DNA from: Pristiophorus japonicus
Taxonomy: Eukaryota
Length of the DNA: 64,000 bases
NCBI RefSeq assembly: GCF_044704955.1
Contig: NC_091999.1
Span: 29,140,001-29,204,000 of the forward strand
Direction: 5' to 3'
Under the pieces are notes generated by a model. That model did not search any database and had not been told where the DNA came from. It worked only from the letters and a program-made list of their open reading frames with translations. Position 1 is the stretch's first letter; the number at the start of each line of letters is the position of its first letter. This document shows positions 39,241 through 51,239 of this stretch, piece after piece. Made by a program: the position numbers and the translations under genes.

Positions 39241-39558
39241 CCTGAGATCTGCTGAAGTTACGGCTTTGCATGACCCCTTGATGAGTGACCTGGCAGGTGT
39301 AGACCGAGCTTGTGAACCATTCCTCGGCGGGGACCGTCAGCCGACTGGCCGTCGAGAAGTTCCCGTTCACCTTAAAGACGGGAGAGGTGATGAAGCCCGA
39401 ATCCAGGAGTTGTCCACTTTTCAGCCAATTCACGGTCAGTGACTTTGGCCGGAAATCGATGATTGAACACACAGCGCTTGCATATCTGCTGCTGGTGATT
39501 TGTTCAGTGGAACTCAGCGTGAGGAGAACAGTTGGAGGAACGATGTCCCGTTCAGGAT
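39241..39558 (-). CDS. IGHM: IgM Cmu2 exon
   Basis: Acceptor TTTTTTTTGAAG and donor GTAAGA; encodes [47 protein letters not shown]...[20 protein letters not shown]. Confidence 0.96.
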
Positions 39559-39711
39559 CTTCAAAAAAAAACATATTACTGACATTGCTCAGAAAATAAA
39601 TGATTAAGAAATGCAAAGTGTCCTTATATTTTAACAGGTTATTTGCTGTCAGGCTAACATTAACCTGGCATTTACAGAGAGCAGAACTGTGCACATTATT
39701 CTCAGTGTAAT

Positions 39712-40305
39712 AGGCAGACCAGAACTGTGCATAATATTCTAAGTGCGATGTGGGGACCAGAACCATGCACAGTATTCTAAGTGTGATATGGAGACCAGAA
39801 TTATGCATAATATTCTAACTATGATATGGAGACCAGAACTTTACACCGTATTCTAAGTAGGTGATGGAAGCCAGAATTCAAACAATATTCTAAGTGTGAT
39901 ATGGAGAACAGAACTGTGTACAATATTCAAACTGTGATGTGGAGACCGGAACTGTGCATAATATTCTAAGTATGATATGGAGACCAGAACTTTAGACACT
40001 ATTCTAAGTATGAGAGGGAAACCAGAATTGTGAGTAATATTCTAAATGTGATAAGGAGACTAGAACTGTGCACAGTATTTTAAGTATTATATGGAAATCA
40101 GAACTGTACACAATACTCTAAGTGTAATATGGAGATCAGAACTGTACACATTATTATAAGTATGATAGGGAGAGCAGAACTGTACACAGTACTCTAAGTG
40201 TGATTTGGAGGCCACAACTGTGCACAGTACTCCAAGTATGATATGGAGAGCAGAACTGTACACAGTACTCTAAGTGTGGTCTAACCAAATTTCTATACAA
40301 GTTGA
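39712..40305. repeat. 38-bp minisatellite, ~15 copies, derived from CR1 RT
   Basis: Unit GGAGACCAGAACTGTGCATAATATTCTAAGTGTGATAT; the last copy runs into CR1 sequence TCTAAGTGTGGTCTAACCAA. Confidence 0.9.
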
Positions 40306-40355
40306 ATATAATTTCTCACCTTATCACAGTTTGCCCTGTATCCCACACCACTAAC

Positions 40356-40655
40356 CTGTCATTGTGATGGCCCAGATCGACACACCACGTCGAACCTCGC
40401 AATAGATTGTGCTGCTCCCCACATCTGACTCGGTGATGGTTAACTGGCTGCTCTGGGTGTAGGTTCCCTTCTTGTTGAGCACTGGCGGGTAGGTCTTCAA
40501 TCCAGTGGTGATCGGCACTTTATCTTTCTTCCAGGAAAGGCTGGTGATATCGGGGGAGTAGTCCATCGCCAAACAACCGTATGTGATGGAGCCATCGGTG
40601 CTTGGTTGTTCACAGGAGGAGAGCAGGGCGTAGAGGGTAGGGGGAGACGATGTTA
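40356..40655 (-). CDS. IGHM: IgM Cmu1 exon
   Basis: Acceptor TTTTTTCCCAG and donor GTTAGT; encodes [44 protein letters not shown]...[17 protein letters not shown]. The light-chain-linking Cys is retained. Confidence 0.97.
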
Positions 40656-41389
40656 CTGGGAAAAAATGGCCCATTGAACAAGTTAGACTCTGTAATCCAT
40701 GATTATAAAAGAAATAAACAACTCGAAATTTGACTGCAGAATAAAGTAATTCCACCATTTCCCCATCAAAGATTACACGGGCATTTGAGTTTCTGTCAGT
40801 TCCATGATAAGCACCTGTCAATGCGCTGGTCAGGAACACACCTTTCTATCCCCGAGCTCTATCATATTACACAACAAGAACCTTTACACAACTCGTCAAT
40901 AAAGAATCCTTCATTGGACCATACAATAGAAGAACAGAGATGTGTTCCTGCTATTTCGGCCAGCATTTATTTCTCAATCAGCACCATTTCTGGTCCTTTA
41001 TTTAATTGCAGTTTGGGGAAATTTGCTCTGTGCACATTGCCTGCGGCGTATCCCTAGAAAACAACAGTGACTGCACTTCAAAGTAACAGCGGAATTCCTG
41101 CTTCGGACGTTAGCAAAAAACCCTCTAAATTTGCCTACCACATAATTCAACAGGTAGCATTTCCATAGTCTAGTTTCTAAGATTCAAACTGTAGGTGAAC
41201 CGCGATTGAGTCGAATTTCTCCCTTTCTTTCTCAGCTTTTGAGGGAGAGCGATGTCCCTCAGTGCACTGTGATCTGGGCTCTATTCCATCCTATTGATTG
41301 CATGTCCCTTGAGTTTCCTCCTCCCTCCCACTCAATTAATAATCCGAATAAAATACCACTCCAAAAACTGGTTAATTGGAAGTTTCTCC

Positions 41390-42330
41390 TTAAATGGCCC
41401 ATTTCAATTCCTATTGTTGTTCTTGTTATATAACAATGATCTGGACTTGGTTATAGGGAATACAATTTCGAAGTTCGAAGGTGATGCAAAACCTGGCAAC
41501 GTAGCCAATAGTGAGCATGATAGCAGCAGACTCCATGAGGGTGATAAATGAAATGGATCAGGACATGTCAATTGCAATTTAATGCGAATCATTGAGAAGC
41601 AATGCACATTGGGTGGAAGATGGAGATGCAGTATAATCTAAGTAGTATTGTTTGGAGGGGATGCACGAATAGAGAGATCTAGATGTACATATTCACAAAT
41701 CTTTGAAGGGGGCAGGGCAAACTGGTAAGACAGTTATGAAAGCGTATGGGATAGATGACTTTGTAAATGGGCCATTGACTACAAAAACAAGGCGGTTATG
41801 CTAAACTTACAGATCACGTGTTAGACCTCAGCTGGCGTATTGTGCACAATTCTGTAACAACAATGTAGGAAGGATGTCAAGCCCTTGGGGAGTGTAGAGG
41901 GGAGGCTTTTACCAGGATGATGCCAGGGATGTGGTCTTCAGTTATGTGGAAAGATTGGAGAAGCTGGGCCGTTCTCCTTAGAGCAGAGGTTAAGAGGAGA
42001 CCTAAGAGAGATATTCAACATTATGACAGGTTTTGATAGAGCAAGTAGGGAGAAACTGCTTCCGCTGGAAAGTAGGTGGGTAACTAAAGATCACAGATTT
42101 AAAATAATTGGCAAAAGATCAAAAGGGAAAATTGGGGTAATTTTTTCACACAGAGGGTTGGTAATTTCAGGAATGCTCCAGGCAGTTCCTCCTCTACTTC
42201 AGGAGGACTCATGTGCACGTTTACAAGGAAAACCCTGGTGAGTTTGGCTAAATTGGACAGCTCTTTCAGAACCGGCACAAGCACGATGCCTGAATGGCCT
42301 GTTTCAGTGCTGTGAGATACTATCATTCTA
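41390..42330 (+). mobile_element. Old CR1 LINE 3' fragment in the J-C intron
   Basis: Decayed YINDLD..ISKFADD, VRPQLAYCAQF and CR1 3' UTR. Confidence 0.75.
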
Positions 42331-43799
42331 CACGAGTCAGTGGGAATAGTTCTTCTACATTTAATGGAAGGAAACGCTTCATATTTTGGACACCTCTACC
42401 AGATCTATTTTTATTGTTCGTTAAAATGAAAGAGGATATTTAAAATAAAGGGATCTTATAAATCTGACGCAAATTAGTCAATCGCATGTTGTTAGAAAGG
42501 CTTAAATTCATTACGAATGATGACTTATTGCAGGTTGAGTCTATCTCTTTAAATGTTTCACAGAATTGCAGCTCAGTGACTGTGTGCCTTGTGTTGTGAC
42601 CCAGGCCAATAGCTGCATCTCATCAAAGTTTCTCCCTGCCTTGAACATTACAGGAAAAATTGGACAAAATAATGTTTCTAAACATGAGGTCCCCATGACG
42701 GTTATTTGAAGCGGCAGTCCCTATATTCTCCATTTAAATTGTGAAAATAACTTACAGCCTCCCAACAGATCAGAACAGGCGCTGCTTTCTGGAGCGTTAT
42801 TCACTTCCTGAAACGGTTTGTTCTGAAAGTGAGCTGAGGATCAGGCCAATCGTTTTCAATAGTAATCTAATGCTCAAAATGTTCAAACATTAATAACGCA
42901 TTAAAAATTGGGCATTTTTTTCAGAAAGAATAGAAACATCAATGAATGTGCGTTGTTTAATCTGGGCAATGGGACGATTTATTGTTTATATCTGGCACGA
43001 GTAGTTTATCTGCTATCTGTTAGTCGCAGATAACGGTGCCTTGAACATTGCCTGACCAAGCACTCTCAGGTCAGATACAGCACGGATAAGAGAACAAAGC
43101 TCCCGCTGTGCTGCCGTGTGGGTCAGGACAGGTATAGCAAGTGTTGCACACAGAGTAATATGTTATCTATACTATCCCGTCAAACATTCCCAGCTCAAGA
43201 ACTGCAGAGATGTGCTACGAAATATCTCCCCATAAAATGCGTTATCAAATTGATCGATTAATTAAGCACAATTATCACAAGTACAAAGAAAAGCTTCCCA
43301 TACACTGATCCATTAAAGCGCACCCACTGATATATAGCTCTGATTAAATAGAAGATCAATCGATATTGAAGGACCCAATTAAGCTCCGCGTCCTTGTAAA
43401 TAAAAGGTTAAATACTGAGTAAAGCTATCTCTGCAATGTCCCATCAAGCACTGCCAGATAAGTTAAAGCACGGGTCAGTTGCAAAGTAAAGCTCCCTCTT
43501 CACTGTCACATCAAACACTCCCAGGGCAGGTACGGCACGAGTTAGATAAAAAGTAAATTTCCCTCCACACTGCTAATTAAACACATTCACGGCAGGTACA
43601 GTAAGGCTTGGATAAAGAATAATGCTTTCTCTACACTGTCCCATCATACACTCCCAAGACAGGTACAGAATAATCTTCCTCTACAGTGTCCCATCAAACA
43701 GTCTCAGTGCAGGTACAATATTGGCAAAATAAATTGGAGCACCCATCAGATCGGACGAGGCGCTGCTTTCCTGAAACTGTTTGTTCGTAAAGTGAGCTT

Positions 43800-44612
43800 A
43801 GAAACATTGAAACATAGCAACATAGAAAATAGGTGCAGGAGCAGGCCATTCGGCCCTTCGAGCTTGCACCGCCATTCAATGAGTTCATGGCTGAACATGC
43901 AACTTCAGTAACCCATTCCTGCTTTCTCGCCATACCCCTTGATCCCCCGAGTAGTAAGGACGTCATCTAACTCGTTTTTGAATATATTTAGTGAATTGGC
44001 CTCAACAACTTTCTGTGGCTGAGAATTCCACACGTTCACCACTCTCTGGGTGAAGAAGTTTCTCATAATCTCGGTACTAAATGGTTTACCCCTTATTCTT
44101 AGACTGTGACCCCTGATTCTGGACTTTCCCAACATTGGGAACATTCTTCCTGCATCTAATCTGTCTAAACCCGTCAGAATTTAAAAGGTTTCTATGAGAT
44201 CCCCTCTCATTCTTCTGAACTCCAGTGAATACAAGCCTAGTTGATCCAGTCTTTCTTGATATGTCATTCCCGCCAGCCTGGAAATCAGTCTGGTGAACCT
44301 TCGCTGCACTCCCTCAATAGCAAGAATGTCCTTCCTCAAGTTAGGAGACCAAAATTGTACACAATACTCCAGGTGTGGCCTCACCAAGACCCTGTACAAC
44401 TGTAATAACACCTCCCTTCCCTGTACTCAAATCCTCTCGCTATGAAGGCCAACATGCCATTTGCTTTCTTAACCGCCTGCTGTACCTGCATGACAACGTT
44501 CAATAAATTATGTACCATGATACCCAGGTTTCGTTGCACCTCCCCTTTACCTAATCTGTCACCATTCAGATAATAGTCTGCCTCTCTGTTTTTACCACCA
44601 AAGTGGATAACC
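43800..44612 (-). mobile_element. CR1 LINE 3' fragment, same family as element A
   Basis: Encodes LYRVLVRPHLEYCVQFWSPNLRKDILAIEGVQRRFTR and has a CATAGAAA tail. Confidence 0.9.
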
Positions 44613-46556
44613 TTAGGTTCAGACCAATCTCATTCAATAATTATCTGATGCTCAAACTGCATAAACATTACTAATTAGTTACATGCAGATTGAAGTTTCT
44701 TCAATATTTTTAGAAAATCACTCAAATGAGATACAAGATAGATTCGATAGAGTAAATCTCCCTCTTCACTGATCTGTCTGGCGCTGTAAGGTCATGTAAA
44801 GCAAAGGATGAATGCATATTAAACTACACTACCCTGTAAGACGGGTCAAATATAACAAGGTTTAGATTCCGAGTAAAATTATTTCTGTACTGTGCCATCA
44901 ATCCGCACAGGGCAGGTACAGCATGGGTCAAGATACAGAGTAAAGCTCCCTCTACATTGTCCCATCAAACATGCCCAGAGCAGGTACAGTATGGGTCAGA
45001 TACAGAGTAACACTCCCTCTACACTGTCCCATCAAACACTCCCAGGGCACATACAGCATGGGCTAGATACAGAGTAAAGCTCCTTCTGCCCTGTCCCATC
45101 AAACACTCCCAGGGCAGGTACAACCGGGTTAGAAAATGATTAAAGCTCCTTCTACTGTCTCCCCGTGGTGTTTCGGAACTGCTCCTTCTGATTACCACAA
45201 TCTGGGTTACCGATTTCATTTCTGCGGCGACTCATCAAACTTAAATTAAATCTTTCACGTTTCTCACATATACCAGTTCCTTAAATAACTGAGTTAAATT
45301 ACACTCTCCGCAATACAGAATCACAACCCAGAAGGTTTACAACCAGTCAGAAGGACTCCTGATTCTCACACAGTGAGCAGGCGCACAGAAACAGAACAAA
45401 CACAAACGGTGCAACAATGGTGCTCCAGGCAGAGAGTCCAGTTCAATCTCTTAATTTCAATTAAGCTGTTTGATTTCTAATTTATTTCTTGTCAATTTCC
45501 AACCACCTCAACTCTGCAAATTTTTTAAAATTAAACTGATATTAATTTGAGAGACTCTGCAACATCCAGCCATTTTCCCATCTCTGTCAGCTATCTTCTA
45601 AACCGTGCAAAAATTAACTCCCCTGAAAGCAAGTATCAGGAAATAATTCACATTCCACGGGAATTTGCTGCCTGTCGCATGGGACTCGGTGACAGAATAA
45701 GAATGTCACAATCCAGGAGACATCTACATTGAAACCTGATCACCCACTGATTTGATATATTTTCATCAGTAAATATAACGTGTAAAATCATCGAGGCAAA
45801 ACAGGAAGTTAATTCACTAAAATCTGCAGCGGCACCTTATCGAACTCAGCACAGCCGAGTTATAAATGCATTGATTTATAAATTAATTTAGGAATTAATT
45901 AAACATTCTCTCCAACCATTGAGGTTTTGCAATAACTATAATACGAACCAGTATGCAACGCAATTGCAAGGGATCATTTATGTTTAATAAATGATCACTG
46001 ATGTTACATTCTAATTAATGTTCATGTTCGCTGATTATTGAAAATAATCTGAGTGCCTGTCTGGCCCTTCCTCCTCAGAAGCACACTTACCTGAAACATT
46101 TGAAATTAACTTAATGTGCAGAATTTCAGCCTTACTAATACAGCCAAGATTTGTTATTGAGAGACAGCTTTTGGTCTTGCAAAGTGTTCAAGATTAGTTT
46201 AGTGATAATTCTATCAAACAACACACAATATCTATTCAATAACAAATTTCGGCTGCACAGTAAGAATGTCATACACCGGCAGATATATTAAATGGAAAAA
46301 ATGCAATATAAAACACGGCTTTAAGTTACAAATAATTGTGCTCAGTCATGCATCTGTGTAAACAGGAGGTAGCAAGTAATTGAAAACCCTAATCAATCTG
46401 AACACAGCGCTGGAATCAGTCTGTTGTCAGTGAAATAATTGCAGGCATAATTAATAACTGTATCCAGCCTCTAAAAGTTTCCGCTCCCTTTAATGGTGCC
46501 CAGTGTACAGCAGGATTTTGGAAGGCGAATAATATTAAGTAAATGAGAATTGAACT

Positions 46557-47765
46557 TATAGCATATTTTAATAACACTGGGAGGTATCGCATTATAATCG
46601 GTTGGTTAATATTAATTTAATTCCACTACAACCTAAACACTTATTAATTATGTATATGGTAATTAGTTACATTTCACACAATAAAATATCAGCATCGTAA
46701 ACATAGATTAATAGTTGAATATATAATTATCACTTCAATAATTGTTATGTTAAAATACATTTCAATGATTTATGATTTCTAACACCTTCCTGTTCTCTGC
46801 CTACAATCTGTTTCCAAACAGTTTCAAACATATATCATTATTGCATTCGAGCGTAAACCTGCTGCTGCTCGCTGACACCGATATTAAACATTGTAGAAAC
46901 GCGAAACTGCTTCACAAATTCTCGGTATTCTGAGTAACACAGGCACAAACTCTCCTCAGCAGATCAACACTAAATCACATCACTGAGGGGCGGAATCCCT
47001 CGACAGAATCTTTCATGGAGCAGACCCTTCATTCTATAAACTCTTTCAGCAGAATCAAATGTATCCTTGCAAAAAATCTCATTACACAATCACCAAACCC
47101 GCCTAACAATGAAATAACTAATGATTGAATTCAACAGAAATGTAAAATACTGACAGCAGAATTGTGATTTGACAGATCATGCTGAATAAATTAATGTTCA
47201 TATTATAGCATATTTAATAATAATTGGTGATATTACTACATTATAATAATGTTAGTAATATTAATTTAAATCTTCCGGCTGGAAATATTAATTTTTCAGT
47301 TCTTAATTACAGTAACACTTCACGTATTTAATCTGAGCGTTCGGGATCATTCGCTCAGTTGATGAGAATGTAATTTTAATTAAAAAACATTAAATTCCTT
47401 AAGATTATTTACTGATCGCTAAGCTTTCTGTTTTGTGCCTACAATGTTCCTTTAAATAGATTTAAACACAATGTTTGCATTCGATCAGAAGAACTTCAAC
47501 AATCAGAGGTCACCGAGATTAAACATTGCAGAAACGTCAAACAGTGTAACAACCATAAAGTATTTAAAGTAACCCAGGCACACAGTCGTCAGCGAATAAA
47601 CACCAAATCACATCAACAACATTTTCTGTGGAGAAACTGTTGAATTCTATAATCATTTTGCAGCAGAATCACATTGAGCATTGCAAAAAATCTCAAAACA
47701 AAATCCACCGAACCCAAGTTTCAGTGAACGAAATAATTATTAAAATAAACAAAAATATAAAATAA
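46557..47765. repeat. Old tandem duplication (~600-650 bp, two copies) just 3' of JH
   Basis: Colinear shared blocks TATAGCATATTT, GCCTACAAT, TTGCATTCGA, ATTAAACATTG.AGAAACG, AAATCACATCA and TTGCAAAAAATCTCA at 46557-47150 and 47204-47765. Confidence 0.75.
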
Positions 47766-47808
47766 AGACACAAATACAAGAGTTACTGAATGAGTGAATG
47801 TTCCTTAC

Positions 47809-47856
47809 CTGCAGTCACCGTCACCATGGTCCCTTGTCCCCAGTAGTCCATAGCGT
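47809..47856 (-). CDS. IGHJ: JH segment, possibly a germline D2-J fusion: AMDYWGQGTMVTVTA
   Basis: ACGCTATGGACTACTGGGGACAAGGGACCATGGTGACGGTGACTGCAG followed by donor GTAAGG; contains the WGXG motif. Confidence 0.96.
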
Positions 47857-47884
47857 CACAGTGAGACACGTTGTGTCAAATACT
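47857..47884 (+). promoter_or_regulatory. 12-bp-spacer RSS 5' of JH
   Basis: CACAGTG (47857-47863), 12-bp spacer AGACACGTTGTG, nonamer TCAAATACT (47876-47884). No nonamer is present at 22/23-bp spacing (GGCGGACTG). Confidence 0.85.
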
Positions 47885-48199
47885 CCGGCGGACTGTTAAC
47901 TGTAAAATACAGAGATTAATTTGCACGCAGCTTTGAAAGCCTGATTCTGACTCCCCTAAGAGTGAATCAGTGAGATACTTCAGTTTGTACCGTTCATTAT
48001 ATTTATAAAAAATGATTGGAATACTTCTGAAGCAGCTGTGCAGATTCAGCATGTCAATCAAGAGTAATAAAGCAGAAAAATGTGATACATTTAAATATAT
48101 ATATATCTTACTTCCACTTATTATTTTTACTTAAACCTCAGTTCCTTCGACGCTCCTGGCGTGGTAGCGATCGCATGTTTGTGCAAATTCCATGTCTGG

Positions 48200-48282
48200 G
48201 GTTTTTGTATGGTAAGCTCGCTCTGCATACCACCGTGGCCCACTGCTGTAGTCCCACAGTGACAGGAACCCGCACAAATACT
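48200..48282 (-). other. IGHD: DH segment (D1 type) with a 5' 12-RSS and a 3' 22-RSS
   Basis: Coding GGACTACAGCAGTGGGC (48238-48254), open in all three frames. 5' RSS CACAGTG-12-ACAAATACT (48255-48282); 3' RSS CACGGTG-22-ACAAAAACC (48237-48200). Confidence 0.95.
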
Positions 48283-48689
48283 GCCCTCACTCTCTGCTCA
48301 GTACTAACTCTCAACGTACACTTCAAATAGACATTCACTTCAAATACACATTCGCTTCTGATCAAGTTTAGAATTTAGCCAACAGTTTACACAACACAAT
48401 AGAAAGTGAACACACTTCCAACCAGCTCCCTGCATGTACCAGGCACAGTGAATCGAGCATCATCTCCAGCTCTGCAATTGCTGACACTGTTCACATTAAA
48501 CAGGAGCACAACCAAAACTACCCCTCAGTACATGGGTTAGTGTGTTAGATTTTCACCATTGAATTCTCAGTGTCTTAGTTTTGTAAGAAGCGGTTTATGG
48601 TCTTGTTCTGAACACTGTTGTTAACATTGCATTTGTCACACTTACTGACCGTCAGGTTATGATGAAAATTGTTGAATTCCCTCTCGATC

Positions 48690-48728
48690 TGTTCTTGTAC
48701 GGGTCCAGCCCTGGTTCCTCTCGCTGTG
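48690..48728 (-). promoter_or_regulatory. 23-RSS of VH
   Basis: CACAGCG (48728-48722), 23-bp spacer, ACAAGAACA (48698-48690). Confidence 0.93.
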
Positions 48729-49033
48729 GTACCTTGCACAGTAATAGATGGCGGTGTCTTCGCTCTTCAGGTTCTTCATGTCCAGCGCGAAGATGTTGTT
48801 TGAAGTGTCTTTGGACGCAGTAAATCGGCTCGCAATCCCTGCGGCATAATACTTGTTCGATGGACTGTAATACTGAAGCAGCCACTCCAGCCCCTGTCCG
48901 GGAATCTGGCGGATCCAGTACATGTAGCTGCCACCAAGATCGAAGCCGCTGGTTTTACAGGTCAGTCTCAGGGAGACCCCGGGAATCCTGGTCTCTGCCT
49001 CGGGCTGAGTCAACACCACATCCGACTGGACAC
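48729..49033 (-). CDS. IGHV: VH exon (shark IgM type), unrearranged and open
   Basis: Acceptor TTTTCACAG; encodes [52 protein letters not shown]...[11 protein letters not shown]. Confidence 0.97.
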
Positions 49034-49159
49034 CTGTGAAAATAATCAAAAACCCCTACGATCAATCCTGGTGAAATGATTCCTGACTCTGTAACATTCC
49101 AGAGAGAAACTAACACTGAGACAGTAACAGTGAGAGATTGGACAATAAAAACTACTCAC

Positions 49160-49205
49160 GGGAAAAGAAAACCAGCAACACACTGAGAGAAATCGCCAAC
49201 CTCAT
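49160..49205 (-). CDS. IGHV: VH leader exon
   Basis: Encodes MRLAISLSVLLVFFS, then C|GTGAGT; the phase-1 split matches the V exon. Confidence 0.95.
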
Positions 49206-49269
49206 CCTCCTGGCAATGTGTGATGAATGGTTCCGGCAAGAACTCACTGAGCAAACCCACTTCCAGACT

Positions 49270-49370
49270 GTTGTATTGCGGTCGCAATGACCGGCAGTTA
49301 AATAGCCGGGAGATGGGGGCGAGGTCACAGGCGCCGCCCATTGATTCCCAGATAGGGGCGGTTTCTGGAT
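49270..49370 (-). promoter_or_regulatory. VH promoter region
   Basis: TATTTAA at 49304-49298, ~95 bp upstream of the ATG; CRE/decamer-like TGTGACCTC at 49329-49321; GC boxes; no ATGCAAAT octamer seen. Confidence 0.55.
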
Positions 49371-51002
49371 CCACATCACACCTTCCGCATCATGAACAGA
49401 ACGGACTCACATCTGGACTGTAAGTTAAATCCCTTTATTTTCTCACTGTTTCAAGGGGGTGTGAATCTCTGAGATTGAATTACATTATCAGGGTCTAAAG
49501 ACACTGCCATTTTGTGTTTCTCCATCTCCCACTATCTATCCATGCATCTGTACCAATAAAGTATCGCTTATAATCTGAATTGTTATCACTCTATGTAACC
49601 AAATGCGGGAGATGGGTAATGTGATTCTTTTTACGGTGTACATGGCTAAAGCTACACACTTTTGGTCTGGAGATGAGATCATACTCCTCACATTATGCAA
49701 TTGTCTCTCATTGCATTTCACTAACTGCCCCTGAGTCTGTGACCCTAAGACAGCCGTTTGTAAAATTAGCTGTAAAATAAGTCCGATTGACTGATGATAA
49801 AGGAGTGAGTTGACGGAGACACATAAGAAAATGGGTCCCGCCCGCTTCAGACCTGCGTTTTATGAGAGAATCTTGTGAATCAGAACCGATAATATGATCA
49901 GCAAACCTCGACATTCAAATCCTTGTAGCTAACTTTAATAGCGACCGACTGTGTAACAGACACGGGTAACAGGAACTCGGTGTATCAGGACATAGCGGTA
50001 TGTTACAGAATATCACAGGAGTAAATGCTTCATCTCCAGCAGAAACAGATCACAATCTGGGCATTTCACCACCCAATGGTAGCCGGGCTATGAGAGGGTT
50101 TGTTCAGGGATCCAAATCAGCGCAAATTACACCGCACACTGCGCGGCTACTAATCTGGAATAATGGAGACATTAGTTTAGACCAGGCGCAAAATTCTGTG
50201 AGAATATTAAAGAAGTGCAGCTGGCACTTCTCTGTGAGAATATTCAAGGCAATTGAACCTGTTTTAGTTACGTTGCGAATCTCACTCATCTTATTACAGT
50301 GTGGGATGAGGCCATTAAACCTCTCTCCAGCACTTCATGCTGTACTGAATAAAGTGACTGAATGGTCTAGAATGGTCTTTATTTGGAAATAGTTTTCCTT
50401 AGATACCGTGTGGATCAATTCATTATTTTCCGATCTTATCTTATAATATGGCGAGCTAAGAATTTATGGAAAATCATTCTTGAGATGTTATACCAAGTAA
50501 AATGCTTCTTATTTTAAAAGTTCGACTGAATAATTTAATGTTCAAATAGTTAAATACCATCTTTCTCCCATTCTTGTTCACGCTAATCTGACCCACACAA
50601 TATTTGGCAGTAACCTAACCGACTGACGTCAGCGAGCCTCGAACATCAGTGTAATTTACAGGAAGCATGTGGGGTTCTGTCCAGTCCATCAAAGGTCAGT
50701 TTTCTCACTACTGACCGCATGCCTGGAAGCCAACTTCAAAACCTTCACATGGTAAAAAGACCTATTTATAAACACATCTACCCAGTAACAGTACTGGAGT
50801 TAAGTTTAATTTTTTGCGTTGTGTAAATGTGTGTAACTGTTCCCATATCTCAGGAAAGGAAGTATATCCAATGTCTCAGAAACCATGTCAATAGCAGCAG
50901 TCAGCTGGAGTATCAGTACCGCACATAACCCTGTAATAGATAGATAAATAGATAGATAGATAGATAGATCGATAGAGAGATAGATTCGTAGCTAGCTAGC
51001 TA

Positions 51003-51239
51003 NNNNNNNNNNNNNNNNNNNNNNNNNNNNNNNNNNNNNNNNNNNNNNNNNNNNNNNNNNNNNNNNNNNNNNNNNNNNNNNNNNNNNNNNNNNNNNNNNN
51101 NNNNNNNNNNNNNNNNNNNNNNNNNNNNNNNNNNNNNNNNNNNNNNNNNNNNNNNNNNNNNNNNNNNNNNNNNNNNNNNNNNNNNNNNNNNNNNNNNNNN
51201 NNNNNNNNNNNNNNNNNNNNNNNNNNNNNNNNNNNNNNN
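51003..51239. other. Assembly gap (N run) preceded by a (GATA)n microsatellite
   Basis: Run of N; GATA repeats at ~50935-51000. Confidence 0.99.

Noticed and set aside
45369-45407. CACAGTG plus A-rich tract in the J-C intron as a possible extra J
   Set aside because: Best nonamer-like sequence is at ~20-bp spacing, and the adjacent sequence has no WGXG/FGXG motif or splice donor.
48444-48482. CACAGTG between V and D as a possible second D signal
   Set aside because: No credible nonamer at 12 or 22/23 bp and no opposing RSS.
32607-49205. Alternative isotype assignment (IgW, IgNAR or IgM1gj)
   Set aside because: Four C exons with mu-type sequence including Cmu2, a mu tailpiece ending CQ, and a conventional unrearranged VH with the GLEW motif.
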